Shown piece by piece: positions 59,623 through 60,053 of a stretch of 60,053 nt of DNA. The notes under the pieces were generated by a model. It did not search any database. It was not told where the DNA came from and worked only from the letters and a program-made list of their open reading frames with translations. A program made the translations under genes and the position numbers. The stretch is from Candidatus Micrarchaeota archaeon. GTDB taxonomy: Archaea; Micrarchaeota; Micrarchaeia; Anstonellales; Bilamarchaeaceae. The stretch is from the NCBI GenBank assembly GCA_040753215.1, contig JBFMEZ010000021.1, forward strand, positions 1-60,053, read 5' to 3'. The first letter of the stretch is position 1. Each line of letters begins with the position of its first letter.

Positions 59623-60053
59623 ATGGCGGAAGAGAAAGCCCCTGTAAAATGCGCTGAAGCATCCCCGGTGCGCGGGCTGAAGGAAGTTCCCGCGGCGGAA
59701 GGCCATGCCGGAAAAAAGGCAAACTCTTTCTGGGCGAGGGCGCTGATGGTCGCGGGGCTAGCGCTAATTCCCGCGGGGAATGCGAAATGCATGGGGGAGA
59801 GCGCCCATCCTATTGTGGAAGAGGATGCCGATTCTGTTGAGGAGGGCGCGGGACCGGAAACCGACGTGCATGAGGAAGATGCGGATGCGCGGGAGGGGGA
59901 TGCCGCCCCGGATGCTGATGTGGTAGAGGGAAGGGGCGAGGATGCGGGCGCTGATGGCGATTCCGATGTTGCGGACCCTGGGGCGGATGGGGAAGCTGTG
60001 GAAGAGGCGGATGCTGAAACACCTGGTGAGGATGCGGGCGATGCGGAGGCAGA
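59623..60053 (+). CDS. Membrane-anchored surface protein, tandem copy 3 (partial; runs off the window)
   Basis: ATG 59623 opens MAEEKAPVK...KKANSFWARALMVAGLALIPAGNAKC; long blocks are identical to copy 1. Confidence 0.85.
   Translation, partial: MAEEKAPVKCAEASPVRGLKEVPAAEGHAGKKANSFWARALMVAGLALIPAGNAKCMGESAHPIVEEDADSVEEGAGPETDVHEEDADAREGDAAPDADVVEGRGEDAGADGDSDVADPGADGEAVEEADAETPGEDAGDAEA

Overview
GC-rich archaeal chromosomal segment, most consistent with a DPANN archaeon such as Micrarchaeota. This is inferred from archaeal-type ProRS, HisRS, Sec61-beta, PAC2, AK6, an archaeal S-layer protein, TTTATAAA-type TATA boxes and compact gene packing. Housekeeping genes are pyrB, pyrI, prs, purB, hppA, proS, hisS, adenylate kinase and tRNA-Leu(TAA). 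Accessory and envelope loci are: (i) a five-gene membrane operon around a VirB4/HerA-like ATPase with no relaxase or integrase nearby (4920-11056); (ii) a Fic gene bracketed by two identical-geometry palindromic sites; (iii) an HTH gene frameshifted in an A7 run; (iv) the S-layer gene with a structured, pseudoknot-capable 5' leader; (v) HEPN-MNT and VapBC pairs, each directly upstream of an aminoacyl-tRNA synthetase; (vi) a ~7,540-aa beta-helix/beta-propeller surface protein; (vii) a divergent tandem array of acidic-stalk surface proteins whose heads look S-layer-derived and variable; (viii) dispersed 7-nt and 9-nt periodic repeats, many inside ORFs. No CRISPR array, rRNA, transposase or integrase was seen. 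All product calls come from motif recognition by eye; no database search was run.
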